Assembly: GCA_035935095.1 (NCBI GenBank)
Contig: DASYXJ010000075.1
Coordinates: 1-64,000, forward strand
DNA length: 64,000 nt
Source of the DNA: Nitrososphaerales archaeon
Lineage (GTDB): Archaea; Thermoproteota; Nitrososphaeria; Nitrososphaerales; Gagatemarchaeaceae
Direction of reading: 5' to 3'
Part shown: piece by piece, positions 19,020 through 29,144 of the stretch
Numbering within the stretch: the first letter of the stretch is position 1
Layout: each line of letters starts with the position of its first letter
Position numbers and translations under genes: made by a program
Notes under the pieces: model-generated
The model's database searches: none
What the model was told of the DNA's origin: nothing
Seen by the model: only the letters and a program-made list of their open reading frames with translations

Positions 19020-20248
19020 GCCGCTACGCGAGTTTCTTCAGGGAGCTTGGCGTCCCTGAACATGAACCAGTACAAACTGATTCCTATGACGTAAAGCACG
19101 GTTGCAATGTAGAATGGAAGGGCCACGAGCCCCCCGCCGATCAGGACCAGACCGACGTAACTCGACAACGAGTTCGGCAACCTCCACGTGGACGCCGTTA
19201 TCCCAGATGCCATCCCCCTCTCGTCAGGGGATACGAGGCCCATGATGAGCGACTGGGTCAGAGGGTTCGAGAGGTTCATCAGGAAGACCCTTACCAGATA
19301 CAGCGAAGCAGCGATGGCAAAGGTCGGAGACGAGGGAACCAATGCCATGAAAAATGTCGAGGACGCCTGTGTGAGCACCGTGGCCTTGACGAGTCCAAAC
19401 CTTCTTGCCAACCTGGGCGACAAAAACACAACCCCGGCAGTCAGCAGGTTCGTGATGCCGAGGATGGGGCCGCTGACGCCATCAGAAACTCCATAGGCCG
19501 CCGCGAACCAGTTGGTCATGATGGGGACGAACAGCCCAGCTCCGACGGCGATGAACACGCTGTAGATTATGAATCGCTTCAGGACCCGACTTGACTTCCG
19601 TGGAAGAACTTCCTTCCTCCTTGTCGTCGTGGAGCCTTCCCTGACCAAGAAGAACAGGGGTGTGATGGATAGGCTAAGGAGGCCGACGGCAGCGTACAAG
19701 ATTATGTGGGCCTGTCTTGCATCGAGTCCGAATGCCTGTAGGGCCAGCACTGAAGAGATGACGAATCCTCCAAGGGCGCCCGCTATCCAGCCGAGGAACG
19801 CCAGCAACGAGAAGGCCGACGTGCGTTTCGTATCTCCGGCCTTCTCAGCCAGAAGAGCCCCCACAGAGACGGCGTAGGCTGCCTCTCCAGTCCCCTCGAG
19901 TATCGCGAAAACCAGGATTAGCCCGAAGTCCGTGGTAAGCGCGAACCCTATCAGGCTAAGACTTGCACAGAGGTTCCCCAGGAAAAGCATCTTCCTCCGA
20001 CCGTACCTGTCGGCAACAATCCCGAACGGGATGCTCTCGGCCACCAGGGTCGCCCCGAGGACCGCTATCACAATCCCAGTAGAACTGGGGGTCAGGCCCT
20101 GGATCTTTGGCAGAAAGAAAGCAAGGTCAATGTAGATGAACCCGATGGCAATGTTAGGGATGAAGCTGAGGTAGATCAGCAGCCTGGCCTGAGAGGGTAT
20201 CCCTCTGTATTCGCTGAACAACCTGCGCCCCACCGGGCAGCGTTCCAA
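18968..20248 (-). CDS. MFS transporter
   Basis: 12 predicted TM helices. MFS-like loop motif (GIVADRYGRRKMLFLG). Confidence 0.8.
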   Translation of the reverse strand: MERCPVGRRLFSEYRGIPSQARLLIYLSFIPNIAIGFIYIDLAFFLPKIQGLTPSSTGIVIAVLGATLVAESIPFGIVADRYGRRKMLFLGNLCASLSLIGFALTTDFGLILVFAILEGTGEAAYAVSVGALLAEKAGDTKRTSAFSLLAFLGWIAGALGGFVISSVLALQAFGLDARQAHIILYAAVGLLSLSITPLFFLVREGSTTTRRKEVLPRKSSRVLKRFIIYSVFIAVGAGLFVPIMTNWFAAAYGVSDGVSGPILGITNLLTAGVVFLSPRLARRFGLVKATVLTQASSTFFMALVPSSPTFAIAASLYLVRVFLMNLSNPLTQSLIMGLVSPDERGMASGITASTWRLPNSLSSYVGLVLIGGGLVALPFYIATVLYVIGISLYWFMFRDAKLPEETRVAAQAPIQSSSLAGPEAER

Positions 20249-20288
20249 TCAGTATAAACCCAAAGGAAGGCGCCCCTGACAACCGTAT

Positions 20289-22307
20289 TTGCCCGGTCCA
20301 AAGAGGCGGGTGGCCGCAGGTGTAGACGTAGGAGGAACTTTCACTGATATCGTCTTAGGCGACTCCGAAGGACTTGTCGTCCTGAAGCTCCCTACCACCG
20401 CCGACCCTTCTGAGGCAGTCTTGCAGGGCCTCCGGAGAATGGGTCCAGATGCCCGCGACGTATCCCTCATCTCGCACGCCACAACGCTTGCCACCAACGC
20501 CCTCCTCACCCACTCAGGGCTTGCTCGGACGGCCCTGATAACCAACGAAGGCTTCAGGGACATCCTGGAGATAGGAAGGCAGCGACGCCCCGAGCTCTAC
20601 GACCTGAAGACACGAAGGCCCCCTCCGCTGGTGGAACGACATGACAGGTTCACGATTGCATGCAGGATTTCGGCCGAAGGTTCGGAACTGGTCCCCCTCG
20701 ACGAAAGAACGGCCCGGTCTCTTGCTAAGAAAATCAAAGGAGTTGGGTACGAGTCGGTTGCGGTATGTTTTCTCAACTCGTACCTCAATGACAAACAAGA
20801 AACTCGGATGCGGGCCATCCTCGTTGAGAGCGGCTTTCGGGGCCATGTGAGCATATCCAGTGAAGTCGATAGAGAGTACAGGGAGTACGAACGGACGTGC
20901 ACCACGGTGGTCAACGCTGTTCTCTCTCCCCTGATGACAGGGTACCTCTCTTCCCTCCGCTACTCGCTTACCCGGTCTGGAATCCACGCCCCAGTCTACG
21001 TGATGAACTCGGACGGAGGGGCCAGCACCAGCTCATTCGCATCTGGGCACCCAGCGTCGGTCTTGGAGTCTGGCCCCGCCGCCGGCGTCATCGCATCGCA
21101 GCGCCTTGCCAGACAGCTTTCGCTGGACCGGGTCCTGACCTTCGACATGGGCGGGACGACAGCGAAAACCGGGACTGTGATGGACGGCCACCCAGACGTA
21201 ATCAACGAATTCGAGGCTGCGGGGAAGACCCACAGTGGAAGGTCAATACGCGGGAGCGGATATCCTGTCAGAGGACAGTTCATCGACTTGGCTGAAGTAA
21301 GCGCTGGGGGCGGAACCATCGCCCGGGTGGACGAGGCAGGTGAGCTGAAGGTAGGGCCCTTGAGCGCAGGCTCTGCTCCCGGTCCCGCATGCTATGGGAG
21401 GGGAGGAACCGAACCAACAGTGACAGATGCCAACGTCCTGCTCGGGAGGCTCAACCCTTTCGGACTCCTAGGAGGGTCGATGCCAGTGCACAGAGATCTC
21501 GCCGCTCGTTCAATTCACAAGTTATCGAGAAGAGTCGACTTGGGCCCTGGGGAGACCGCAAGGGGCATCGTCAGACTTGTCAACGACAGCATGGCGAGGG
21601 CGATATCGATGGTCACCGTCGAGAGGGGAAGGGACCCAAGAGACTTCGCCATGTTCGCATTCGGGGGCGCAGGGCCGGTCCACGCCTGTGACCTCGCGGA
21701 GGAGATGGGAATTACAGACATCGTGGTCCCTCCACACGCCGGTCTCTTCTCGGCCTACGGCCTCCTCGCTGGCGAACTCACTCGCACCTTCACAATGCCC
21801 TTAATGCGGGCCGACCCGCGACTGAAAGAACAATTCCTCAAGCTCGAGGCGTCTGCGAAGAAGGAGCTCCAATCGGAAGGCTTCACGCGCTTCACCTACG
21901 ACCGCTTTTTCGAAGGAAGGTATCTGGGGCAGTCCCACGAACTCCTCCTCCCGTTCGAGTCCGACTCGTCGATGAGGGCAGCTTTCGACTCCAGGCACAG
22001 GGCCCTCTATGGGTACGCCCTAACCGACAAGCTGGAAGTGGTCAACATCAAGGTCAGGGCAGCCGTCAGGAGGAAGGACGTGGGGGCCCTGCGCTCGCGA
22101 GGGACTCTCCCTCCAACCCGGCCTACGATGCGAATGGCATCAGTTGGGAGGGAGCCGCGGCGAGTCAAGGTGTTCAGACGAGAATCGTTGAGGCCCGGTG
22201 ACGCCGGGAGAGGTCCCTGCATAATCGAAGAATACGACTCCACCCTCGTCGTCAACCCTTCGTGGAGGTGGTCGTCGGAGGAATACGGCACGAGGCTGAC
22301 AAGATGA
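20289..22307 (+). CDS. hyuA: hydantoinase/oxoprolinase family protein, A subunit (HyuA-like, ATP-dependent)
   Basis: N-terminal VDVGGTFTDIVL sugar-kinase/Hsp70-fold ATPase motif. Length 672 aa. ATGA overlap with the downstream B subunit. Confidence 0.85.
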   Translation: MPGPKRRVAAGVDVGGTFTDIVLGDSEGLVVLKLPTTADPSEAVLQGLRRMGPDARDVSLISHATTLATNALLTHSGLARTALITNEGFRDILEIGRQRRPELYDLKTRRPPPLVERHDRFTIACRISAEGSELVPLDERTARSLAKKIKGVGYESVAVCFLNSYLNDKQETRMRAILVESGFRGHVSISSEVDREYREYERTCTTVVNAVLSPLMTGYLSSLRYSLTRSGIHAPVYVMNSDGGASTSSFASGHPASVLESGPAAGVIASQRLARQLSLDRVLTFDMGGTTAKTGTVMDGHPDVINEFEAAGKTHSGRSIRGSGYPVRGQFIDLAEVSAGGGTIARVDEAGELKVGPLSAGSAPGPACYGRGGTEPTVTDANVLLGRLNPFGLLGGSMPVHRDLAARSIHKLSRRVDLGPGETARGIVRLVNDSMARAISMVTVERGRDPRDFAMFAFGGAGPVHACDLAEEMGITDIVVPPHAGLFSAYGLLAGELTRTFTMPLMRADPRLKEQFLKLEASAKKELQSEGFTRFTYDRFFEGRYLGQSHELLLPFESDSSMRAAFDSRHRALYGYALTDKLEVVNIKVRAAVRRKDVGALRSRGTLPPTRPTMRMASVGREPRRVKVFRRESLRPGDAGRGPCIIEEYDSTLVVNPSWRWSSEEYGTRLTR

Positions 22308-24001
22308 AGCCAGACAACGTGACCCTCCAAATCATCAGCCACTCTCTCCTGTACACCAGCGAGGAAATGGGGCTCGCTCTCCGCAATTCGGCCTACTCCC
22401 CCAACATCAACGAGAGGATGGACCATTCCGCAGCTCTATTCGACCCCGGAGGACGACTCCTCGCTCAGGCGGAGCACATACCCGTCCATCTCGGCTCCCT
22501 TCCATGGGGCCTGAAGAACCTGATTGACTACTTGGGTCGAGAAGGGATGGCATTCGAGGAAGGCTCCATGATTGCGGCCAACGACCCATACATCACTGGG
22601 ACTCATCTGAACGACGTGACAGTCGCGGCCCCAATCCACCATGGAGGGAAGCTCGTCGCATTTGCAGTCAACAAGGCCCACCACGCCGACGTCGGGGGTA
22701 GCGTGCCCGGGAGCATCTCCATGGACGCCCACACTTTGTCCGAAGAGGGCTTCATTCTGAAGCCTTCCGTCCTATGGAGGAAGAAGGATTTCGTCGAGTC
22801 TGTTGTTGAAAGGTTCGCAACCGCTTCAAGGACTCCAGTCGAGCGTCGAGGAGACCTCAAGGCTCAGGTGGCTGCCAACCTTCTTGGAACGAGACGGGTG
22901 AAAGAAGTCATCGACCGGCATGGCCTCGAAGCCTTCAAACGCGCCGCTGTTCGCGCTTTCAGGCACTCTGAAACTCTGAGCCGTAGGATGCTTTCTGGTT
23001 TCCGCAGCGGTACCTACGAAGCTACGGACGTAGTAGAAGGACCGCGAGGCGAGGACCTGAAGATCAGGGCGAGTGTGAGGATTTCGAAGTCGGGGATAGT
23101 TGTTGACTACTCGGGCACCTCCAAGGAGGTCGACTTCCCCCTTAACGCAGTCTTCGGTGTGACAGTATCGGGAGTGTTCTTCGTCCTTCGGTGCCTCCTT
23201 GGTGACGACATCCCTGCCAACCACGGCGCCTTCTCGTTCGTGACCGTGCGTGCTCCCCCGGGTACCCTGCTCAGTCCGACCCGTCCCCATCCTGTTGGTG
23301 GCGGCAATGTGGAGACAAGCCAACGGAACGCCGATGTCATCTTCAGGGCACTATCATCGGCCGCGAGGCACCGCGTCCCCGCTGCAGCAGGAGGGTCGAT
23401 GAACAACGTGATGATTGGCGGGGACAAAGCGGGGTCCCCCTGGGCTTTCTACGAGACGATTGGTGTCGGGCTTGGCGCTGGCACGACTTGGGACGGGATC
23501 GATGGGATACAGGCCAACATGACGAACACCATGAATACCCCGATTGAGGAGATCGAGCGCTCTCTTCCTCTAAGGATTGTCAAGTACGAATTCAGGCCTG
23601 ACAGCTCAGGCTCAGGGAGACGCAGAGGTGGCTCAGGTCTGGTTCGGGCTTACATGTCGCTGTCCGACGGGACAACCTTCACAATCCTGGCTGACAGAGA
23701 GAAACATTCCCCGTGGGGCCTCCACGGCGGCGGTCCCGGGGGAAGGACAGAAGTCCTGCTCGAACGAAGTAGAAAGCAATCAAGAATCCCCTCCAAGTCC
23801 ACCATGGTTATGAGGAAAGGGGACGTAATTGAAATCAGGACAGCTGGGGGAGGGGGCTACGGAAGCCCTCGGGCAAGAGAGAAACCGAAAATCATACGGG
23901 ATGTCATTAACGGACTTCTAACTCCAGTGAGGGCTGAGCGTGAATACAGTCTCAAGACATCAAAATTCCAGCTTGCGAGATCAAAGGCCATGCCGATTTG
24001 A
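22304..24001 (+). CDS. hyuB: hydantoinase B/oxoprolinase family protein (HyuB-like)
   Basis: MKPDNVTLQIISHSLLYTSEEMG...HIPVHLGS region typical of Hydantoinase_B. Start chosen at the ATG overlapping the hyuA stop. Confidence 0.85.
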   Translation: MKPDNVTLQIISHSLLYTSEEMGLALRNSAYSPNINERMDHSAALFDPGGRLLAQAEHIPVHLGSLPWGLKNLIDYLGREGMAFEEGSMIAANDPYITGTHLNDVTVAAPIHHGGKLVAFAVNKAHHADVGGSVPGSISMDAHTLSEEGFILKPSVLWRKKDFVESVVERFATASRTPVERRGDLKAQVAANLLGTRRVKEVIDRHGLEAFKRAAVRAFRHSETLSRRMLSGFRSGTYEATDVVEGPRGEDLKIRASVRISKSGIVVDYSGTSKEVDFPLNAVFGVTVSGVFFVLRCLLGDDIPANHGAFSFVTVRAPPGTLLSPTRPHPVGGGNVETSQRNADVIFRALSSAARHRVPAAAGGSMNNVMIGGDKAGSPWAFYETIGVGLGAGTTWDGIDGIQANMTNTMNTPIEEIERSLPLRIVKYEFRPDSSGSGRRRGGSGLVRAYMSLSDGTTFTILADREKHSPWGLHGGGPGGRTEVLLERSRKQSRIPSKSTMVMRKGDVIEIRTAGGGGYGSPRAREKPKIIRDVINGLLTPVRAEREYSLKTSKFQLARSKAMPI

Positions 24002-24510
24002 GACCAATCCTCGGAGTCTCGGTCGAGGTTGCGATTCTTGCCGGAATCGCAGCCGGAAGTTCTTTTGTCCCCCCGGGCCTCTTCTTCGCCATCTATGTCC
24101 TCGTCGCTCAGGGTGCAGGGACTTACCTGGTCCACTGCCCGGCGCACTACATCGTGGGACGGGCCCTGGGCATAAATTTCAGGAGCATTCGATTCGGGCG
24201 AACTACCCTGGCGCGAGCCCTACCGCCCAGGTTTTCTGGTCTGGCTCGGCTTGTCCCTATCCTGACACTCTCGACCGAAAGGGCTTCGCTCGCAAAAGCA
24301 TCGAAGGGGAGGGCCGCCGCGATGTATGCCTCGGGGACCATCGCCTCGGTTTGCTCGGCTTTCGTCATTGCCGGGCTTGCGACGGTGTCGGAGGCGTCTT
24401 TCCCAGGTGCCATTGCATGGCTGTTGGCCATCGGTTATCTTCTCTTCGACGTGGTCTTCTCGCCACGGACAGGGGACATCAGCAGGGCCCGAGCTGCGCT
24501 AGGGGCTTGA
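23998..24510 (+). CDS. hypothetical membrane protein
   Basis: Hydrophobic segments. Overlapping alternative-frame ORF 23940..24614 judged spurious. Confidence 0.35.
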   Translation: MRPILGVSVEVAILAGIAAGSSFVPPGLFFAIYVLVAQGAGTYLVHCPAHYIVGRALGINFRSIRFGRTTLARALPPRFSGLARLVPILTLSTERASLAKASKGRAAAMYASGTIASVCSAFVIAGLATVSEASFPGAIAWLLAIGYLLFDVVFSPRTGDISRARAALGA

Positions 24511-25653
24511 CTGGCGAGCGAACCTCTCCACGTCAAGAAAAGAAATATCATACGCTGTCTTCTTCTCCGTCGCGAAGTCCGCCGCCACCTCTCCGAGTAC
24601 GCTCGCGAACTTGAAACCATGGCCGGAGCACGCGCTTACAATTGTGACCCGCGGGTCGTCCGGGTGTAGACCTACGGCGAAGTTCAGGTCAGGGGTATTC
24701 GTGTAAAGGCATGTGGTAGATGCGATGGGAGGCCCTTGGAGCATTGGAAGTCTACGCTCTATGAATCCTTTGACCGGGGCGAGGTCTTCCTCGGTCACCT
24801 CCCGTCTGATATTATCTGGCTCACCAATCTCCCCGCCGTGGGTCCTGGCTACCTTGGTTCCGTGTCCTACGTCAGGTATCCCATAATAGAATTGGCCAGG
24901 AGCATCCTCGAAAATGAACACCGGCATCTCTTGGGGCATGAAACGCTTCTGTCCGTTAGATGAGAACCAGAAGGGAACTTGTCTTTCGCACTGAAGAGGC
25001 AGCAGGTTACCCAGAAACGTGGAGTTCCAGGCTCCAGCGCAAAGAACCAACCTGTCAGTCGTGTGCGTGCCGCTTGATGACTCGATTTCTATTCCAGATT
25101 CAGAGGACCTCCAACGATTCATCCTTTCGCCGAACCTGACCTCGCACCCGGCTTCCCGAGCCCCATCAACAAAGGCCCCAATGCATTCCTCCGGGAAGAG
25201 GATCCCCGCGCTTTCTTCGTGGACAGCGCACATGTCGTCGCCTATGGTGAATGCTTCGAATTTGTCGTCTACCTCTGTGGAGGTCAGAACACGGTGGGGA
25301 ATCCCGTGCGTCTTTGCGCTCCCCAGAACCCCGGTCACCAATTCGCCTTCGGGGGTTCCAATCATCAGCCCTCCCGTCAACTTGAGCAGGACCTTCCCCG
25401 ACTTGGACTCCAGCTCCCGCCAAGAATCGAAGGCGCGTCGGAGCAGAGGAACATACCTCGAGTCTTCGTAATATGCGAGCCTGATGATCCGGGTCTTCCC
25501 GTGGGACGAGCCGAGCTCATGGTTGAGCCCAAACCTCTCCAGGGTGAGAACCCTTAGCCCTCGCCTTGCTAGATTGTAGCTTGTCGAGGCCCCCACGGCC
25601 CCGCAACCCACGACGATGGCGTCCCACCGCCGGGTCCCGGCTTGGTTAGCCAA
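24499..25653 (-). CDS. FAD-dependent oxidoreductase, monomeric sarcosine oxidase / N-methyl-amino-acid oxidase-like
   Basis: N-terminal DAIVVGCGAVGASTSYNLARRG Rossmann motif. GSSHGKTRIIR segment as in MSOX/SolA. Confidence 0.7.
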   Translation of the reverse strand: MANQAGTRRWDAIVVGCGAVGASTSYNLARRGLRVLTLERFGLNHELGSSHGKTRIIRLAYYEDSRYVPLLRRAFDSWRELESKSGKVLLKLTGGLMIGTPEGELVTGVLGSAKTHGIPHRVLTSTEVDDKFEAFTIGDDMCAVHEESAGILFPEECIGAFVDGAREAGCEVRFGERMNRWRSSESGIEIESSSGTHTTDRLVLCAGAWNSTFLGNLLPLQCERQVPFWFSSNGQKRFMPQEMPVFIFEDAPGQFYYGIPDVGHGTKVARTHGGEIGEPDNIRREVTEEDLAPVKGFIERRLPMLQGPPIASTTCLYTNTPDLNFAVGLHPDDPRVTIVSACSGHGFKFASVLGEVAADFATEKKTAYDISFLDVERFARQSSP

Positions 25654-26503
25654 GATTCCGTCCAGCCATCGTCAGAGTCTCCTCCATCCAGGGCAAAACA
25701 TGCGTGACAAAGGAAGGGCCGTGATGTGCGAGAAAATCCAGAGGTCTCGGGGTCAAGAAGACGTTTCCTGACTTGACGGCTTTGAGGCTTGTCCACCCCC
25801 TCGACTCGATAAGACTTTGGAGGTCCTTCGCATCGAACGACACGAACATCTTCGATTCGTAGATAATCACGTCAGGGTCCTCCCCGGCAATCCCTTCTAA
25901 GTCGGGTTTCATCCATTCACTTCGTTCGTCCTCGCAAACAGTCGAGCAACCGAGAACCCTGAATGCGTCTGTGATGTAGCTGTAGGCGCCAAAGGTGACT
26001 GGTCCGCCTAAGTCAATTTCTTCGTAAGCTCTGAGCCTCGGAACGCTCCCAAGTTCCCCAATCCTGTGAAGAAGAGAAGTCGCTAATTCCCTTGCCCGGT
26101 CGGGGACTCCTGCGACCAGTCCGACCTTTACCACGAAGTCCACGATCCCGGCGACCGAGACCGGCAGCTCGAGGGGATAGACGGGGTACTTCTTTGCGAG
26201 CCTGAGGGCGAACTCCCGCTGGTAGCCTGTCACCGCAAGGATCAGGTCAGGCCTCAGTTCATCCAAGACTTCCTCCCTAACCGTGTTGTAGCTCCCCACC
26301 TTTCGCTTCTGACTCACTTCCGGAGGCCTGGCACAGAATGCGCTCACTCCGACCACACTTTCTCCCGCTCCGATTTCGAAGAGCGTCTCCGTAGCAGCGG
26401 GGCTGAAACTTACAATCCGAGTGGGAACCTCCGGAATGCGCACCTCTGTTCCTAGGATTTCATTGAAGACCTGGGCCAAGGGATGCAGGGCCCCGCGAGC
26501 CAC
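25646..26503 (-). CDS. ABC-transporter periplasmic binding protein, class III (cobalamin/siderophore BtuF-like)
   Basis: PTRIVSFSPAATETLFEIGAGESVVGV and a later DLILA motif typical of BtuF/FhuD-type binding proteins. Confidence 0.65.
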   Translation of the reverse strand: MARGALHPLAQVFNEILGTEVRIPEVPTRIVSFSPAATETLFEIGAGESVVGVSAFCARPPEVSQKRKVGSYNTVREEVLDELRPDLILAVTGYQREFALRLAKKYPVYPLELPVSVAGIVDFVVKVGLVAGVPDRARELATSLLHRIGELGSVPRLRAYEEIDLGGPVTFGAYSYITDAFRVLGCSTVCEDERSEWMKPDLEGIAGEDPDVIIYESKMFVSFDAKDLQSLIESRGWTSLKAVKSGNVFLTPRPLDFLAHHGPSFVTHVLPWMEETLTMAGRNLG

Positions 26504-26585
26504 GCGATATGCGTTTCCAGCCGCGCCAGCCTGTTCAACTTATCTAACACTCGTTAAATAAAGGAAGTTTGGACCCCGCCTTCAC

Positions 26586-27134
26586 TTGGAGACGCGGAAG
26601 CTCGCCACGGCGACCCTGTTCGGGGTCATCATAGCCCTGGTCAAAGCGCCGTTCACTTTCCCAGTCACCGACTATCTGATCATTGTGGAGGTCCCGATCC
26701 TCGCCCTGAGTTTTCTTCTCCTCGGCAGAGGTGGGGCTACATACACGGGCCTGGTGAACGGGGTGCTCCAGTCTGCAGTAAAAGTGAGCTTTTTCCCCTA
26801 TGATCTGATTTTCGCGGTGTCATTCGGTGCGCTGGTCGATGTGTTCGGGACGCTGCTCAAAGTAAGAACTGCGGAAAAAGCAAATGCAAAAAGGCTGGCA
26901 TTGGCCCTGGGTCTCGCAAGCACAGTTCTGGGGGTCAGCATCGCCTATGTGTTTCTTGCACTCAATCTAAGTCCTGGAATAAGCCTATCCGGATACTCCA
27001 CAACGACTCTGCTGGAGGTCGTCTACGGCCCAATAGTCATCTGGGGAATAATCAGTGGATTCCTCGGAGGCTACATCTCAGACAGGATCTGGGAGAAGAA
27101 CCTAAAACCGAGGTTCAAGCCAATGCAGGCCTAG
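26586..27134 (+). CDS. integral membrane protein (possible ECF-transporter S-component-like)
   Basis: Five or six TM helices, ~180 aa. Confidence 0.35.
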   Translation: METRKLATATLFGVIIALVKAPFTFPVTDYLIIVEVPILALSFLLLGRGGATYTGLVNGVLQSAVKVSFFPYDLIFAVSFGALVDVFGTLLKVRTAEKANAKRLALALGLASTVLGVSIAYVFLALNLSPGISLSGYSTTTLLEVVYGPIVIWGIISGFLGGYISDRIWEKNLKPRFKPMQA

Positions 27135-27378
27135 CTTTTCTTCTCCGCGTCGCTGATCTGTCTCTCCAGCTTCCTCGCGAACCTGAAGAGCATTCTGTAG
27201 AGGACCAGTCCCAACACTATGATAGCAACTCCTGCAATATCATTGACGACGACTCCTCCTACAACACCGGCGAAGAGGGTGAACACCCCCAAGGCTATGA
27301 TGAGCAGCGCCGCGGTCTTCGAAATCGGGCTCGCCCTTACTGACACATCCTTCCTCAGATTCGAGGCGGCTTAAACGG

Positions 27379-28077
27379 TTGCGAGGGTCAAGAACCGTTA
27401 ATTGTCCAGAATACGCCCATCGAGGGTCAATGGGAGTCAACACCGAGGGAATTTCCTGCTGCTTTGATGACGAGTCTGAGCGTATGCTCAAGGATTACAG
27501 GAAGGATGGACTCGACGACGCCTCAATGGTCGTCTTAGATGCCTTGAGCTCGCGGGACCTCGCGGGGTCATCAATACTCGAACTAGGGTGCGGAATCGGC
27601 GCGCTATCCCTCGAGCTTCTCAAGAAAGGAGCAGGGTCAGTTCACGGAATGGACCTCTCTCCCGCGATGGTTGAGCTAGCGCGATCTCTTGCCGCCGAGG
27701 CTGGCGTCTCGATGAAGGCTTCATTCGAGCGAGGCGATGGGGCGGTGGCCGGCCTGCCCAGCTCGGACGTCGTAATCCTCGACAAGGTTCTCTGCTGCTA
27801 CCCCGACGTTGTTGCCCTGGTGGCCAACTCAAGTTCAGCCGCCCGGCGCTATTACGTTTTCTCGCTTCCAAACGACAAGCGTGTTGTCACAAGATTCCTT
27901 CGGCTCTTCGTGCCCCTGCAGGCAATATTTTCCAGGCGAAACTCATTTCGTTTCTTCATCCACTCGACGAGTCAAATCGAGGAGAAGTTGAAGGCCAGAG
28001 GCTTCACTCCTGTCTTCGAATCCGCAGTCGGATGGATCTGGTCCGTGTTCATCTTTGCCGCTCCGGCGGCATTGTGA
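27379..28077 (+). CDS. class I SAM-dependent methyltransferase
   Basis: ILELGCGIGALSLEL motif I. Acidic motif II (GMDLSPAM). Confidence 0.75.
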   Translation: MRGSRTVNCPEYAHRGSMGVNTEGISCCFDDESERMLKDYRKDGLDDASMVVLDALSSRDLAGSSILELGCGIGALSLELLKKGAGSVHGMDLSPAMVELARSLAAEAGVSMKASFERGDGAVAGLPSSDVVILDKVLCCYPDVVALVANSSSAARRYYVFSLPNDKRVVTRFLRLFVPLQAIFSRRNSFRFFIHSTSQIEEKLKARGFTPVFESAVGWIWSVFIFAAPAAL

Positions 28078-28096
28078 AATTCTCGTCCCTGTGGGC

Positions 28097-28288
28097 CTAC
28101 CGACGTCCGCTGCTCTTTTCCTCTTCTTTCAAAAGTCTGAAGAGTCTGAACTTGTCCGACTCACCGGGCGACAGCGTGTACCCGCAAATCCTGCAAGTTA
28201 TCCCCTGTCCTGTCTCTTTGAGCTCGAATCTGCCGCACTTCGGGCACTTCATTTCGTCGCTCTGGCTCTTCTGACTCTTCATGTCCAT
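28097..28288 (-). CDS. small zinc-ribbon protein
   Basis: CPKCG...CRICG. Confidence 0.35.
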   Translation of the reverse strand: MDMKSQKSQSDEMKCPKCGRFELKETGQGITCRICGYTLSPGESDKFRLFRLLKEEEKSSGRR

Positions 28289-28325
28289 AACCGCCTCGCT
28301 TGACTCAGTTCAAAAACATTGAAGC

Positions 28326-29087
28326 CTACGCGACCTTCAGCAGGTTAGTCCTCCCGAACTTGCCGGGCTCCTGTCCATATTTTCGATAGATTTGCTCCGG
28401 GAGTGATATGTCGGCCAGGTAAAGTTCTCCGACGAACCTCATAGATTCTCGATTCAGGAACCCAGTCTTCAGCAGGCCGAACGTCACCGTCGCATTAGCA
28501 GCAATGCACGGTTCACCCGGCTCTCCCGTGGTTGCATCCATTCCCGATGGGACGTCGACACCCAGAACCGGAATTCCGGAAGAATTGATTTTGCGAATCA
28601 GGCCAGCCACCGGCTCTTTGGGATTACCCTTCGACCCGTAGCCGAGCAGAGCATCTACGAGGAGCTCGGCTCCGTCGAACCCTCCGGCAGGGCAATTGAC
28701 TTCAACGCCCATCTTTTCCAATATTCTCAGCTGCTTAGCAGGGACGTCGCGGAGGTCTCCCTTCTCGGCCCCCAGGACGACGGTAACCTTAGCTCCCCAA
28801 TTGTGAAGGTGTCTCGCCGCAACCAGCCCGTCCCCTCCATTGTTCCCCTTTCCCGCAACCACGCAGACAGATCTCCCTGCCACAGTCCCTCCCAGCATCT
28901 TCCTGGCAAGAACCCCGACCTGAAGGCCAGCATTCTCCATCAGCACAACGACATCAATACCGAATTCTTCTATGGCAATTCTGTCCGCCTGAGCCATCTC
29001 CTCCGCCGTCAGGTATGCGAACCCGCCCTTGGACCTCAACCCTGAGCTCCACTTTCTGGCATCTTTTATCCGCCCAGGGCCCTCCAC
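28326..29087 (-). CDS. NAD(P)H-hydrate epimerase (YjeF N-terminal domain)
   Basis: VVAGKGNNGGDGLVAARHL is the YjeF_N signature. Confidence 0.8.
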   Translation of the reverse strand: MEGPGRIKDARKWSSGLRSKGGFAYLTAEEMAQADRIAIEEFGIDVVVLMENAGLQVGVLARKMLGGTVAGRSVCVVAGKGNNGGDGLVAARHLHNWGAKVTVVLGAEKGDLRDVPAKQLRILEKMGVEVNCPAGGFDGAELLVDALLGYGSKGNPKEPVAGLIRKINSSGIPVLGVDVPSGMDATTGEPGEPCIAANATVTFGLLKTGFLNRESMRFVGELYLADISLPEQIYRKYGQEPGKFGRTNLLKVA

Positions 29088-29144
29088 AGGCCACGGTCAA
29101 CAATTTTTCTTCAAACTGGCACCGGGATTAGAGCAGTCGGTATA

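Noticed and set aside
20514-21319. Long antisense/alternative-frame ORFs inside hyuA, hyuB, the PLP enzyme, RNRs and others (e.g. 20514..20987, 22826..23323, 46182..46904, 56909..57655)
   Set aside because: These are typical shadow ORFs of high-GC genes. Each lies wholly within a well-supported gene on the other strand or frame and has Arg/Pro/Gly-rich nonsense composition.
23940-24614. 224-aa ORF overlapping the membrane-protein ORF 23998..24510 in another frame
   Set aside because: Arg/Pro-rich translation. The hydrophobic 170-aa frame looks more gene-like. Only one of the two can be real.
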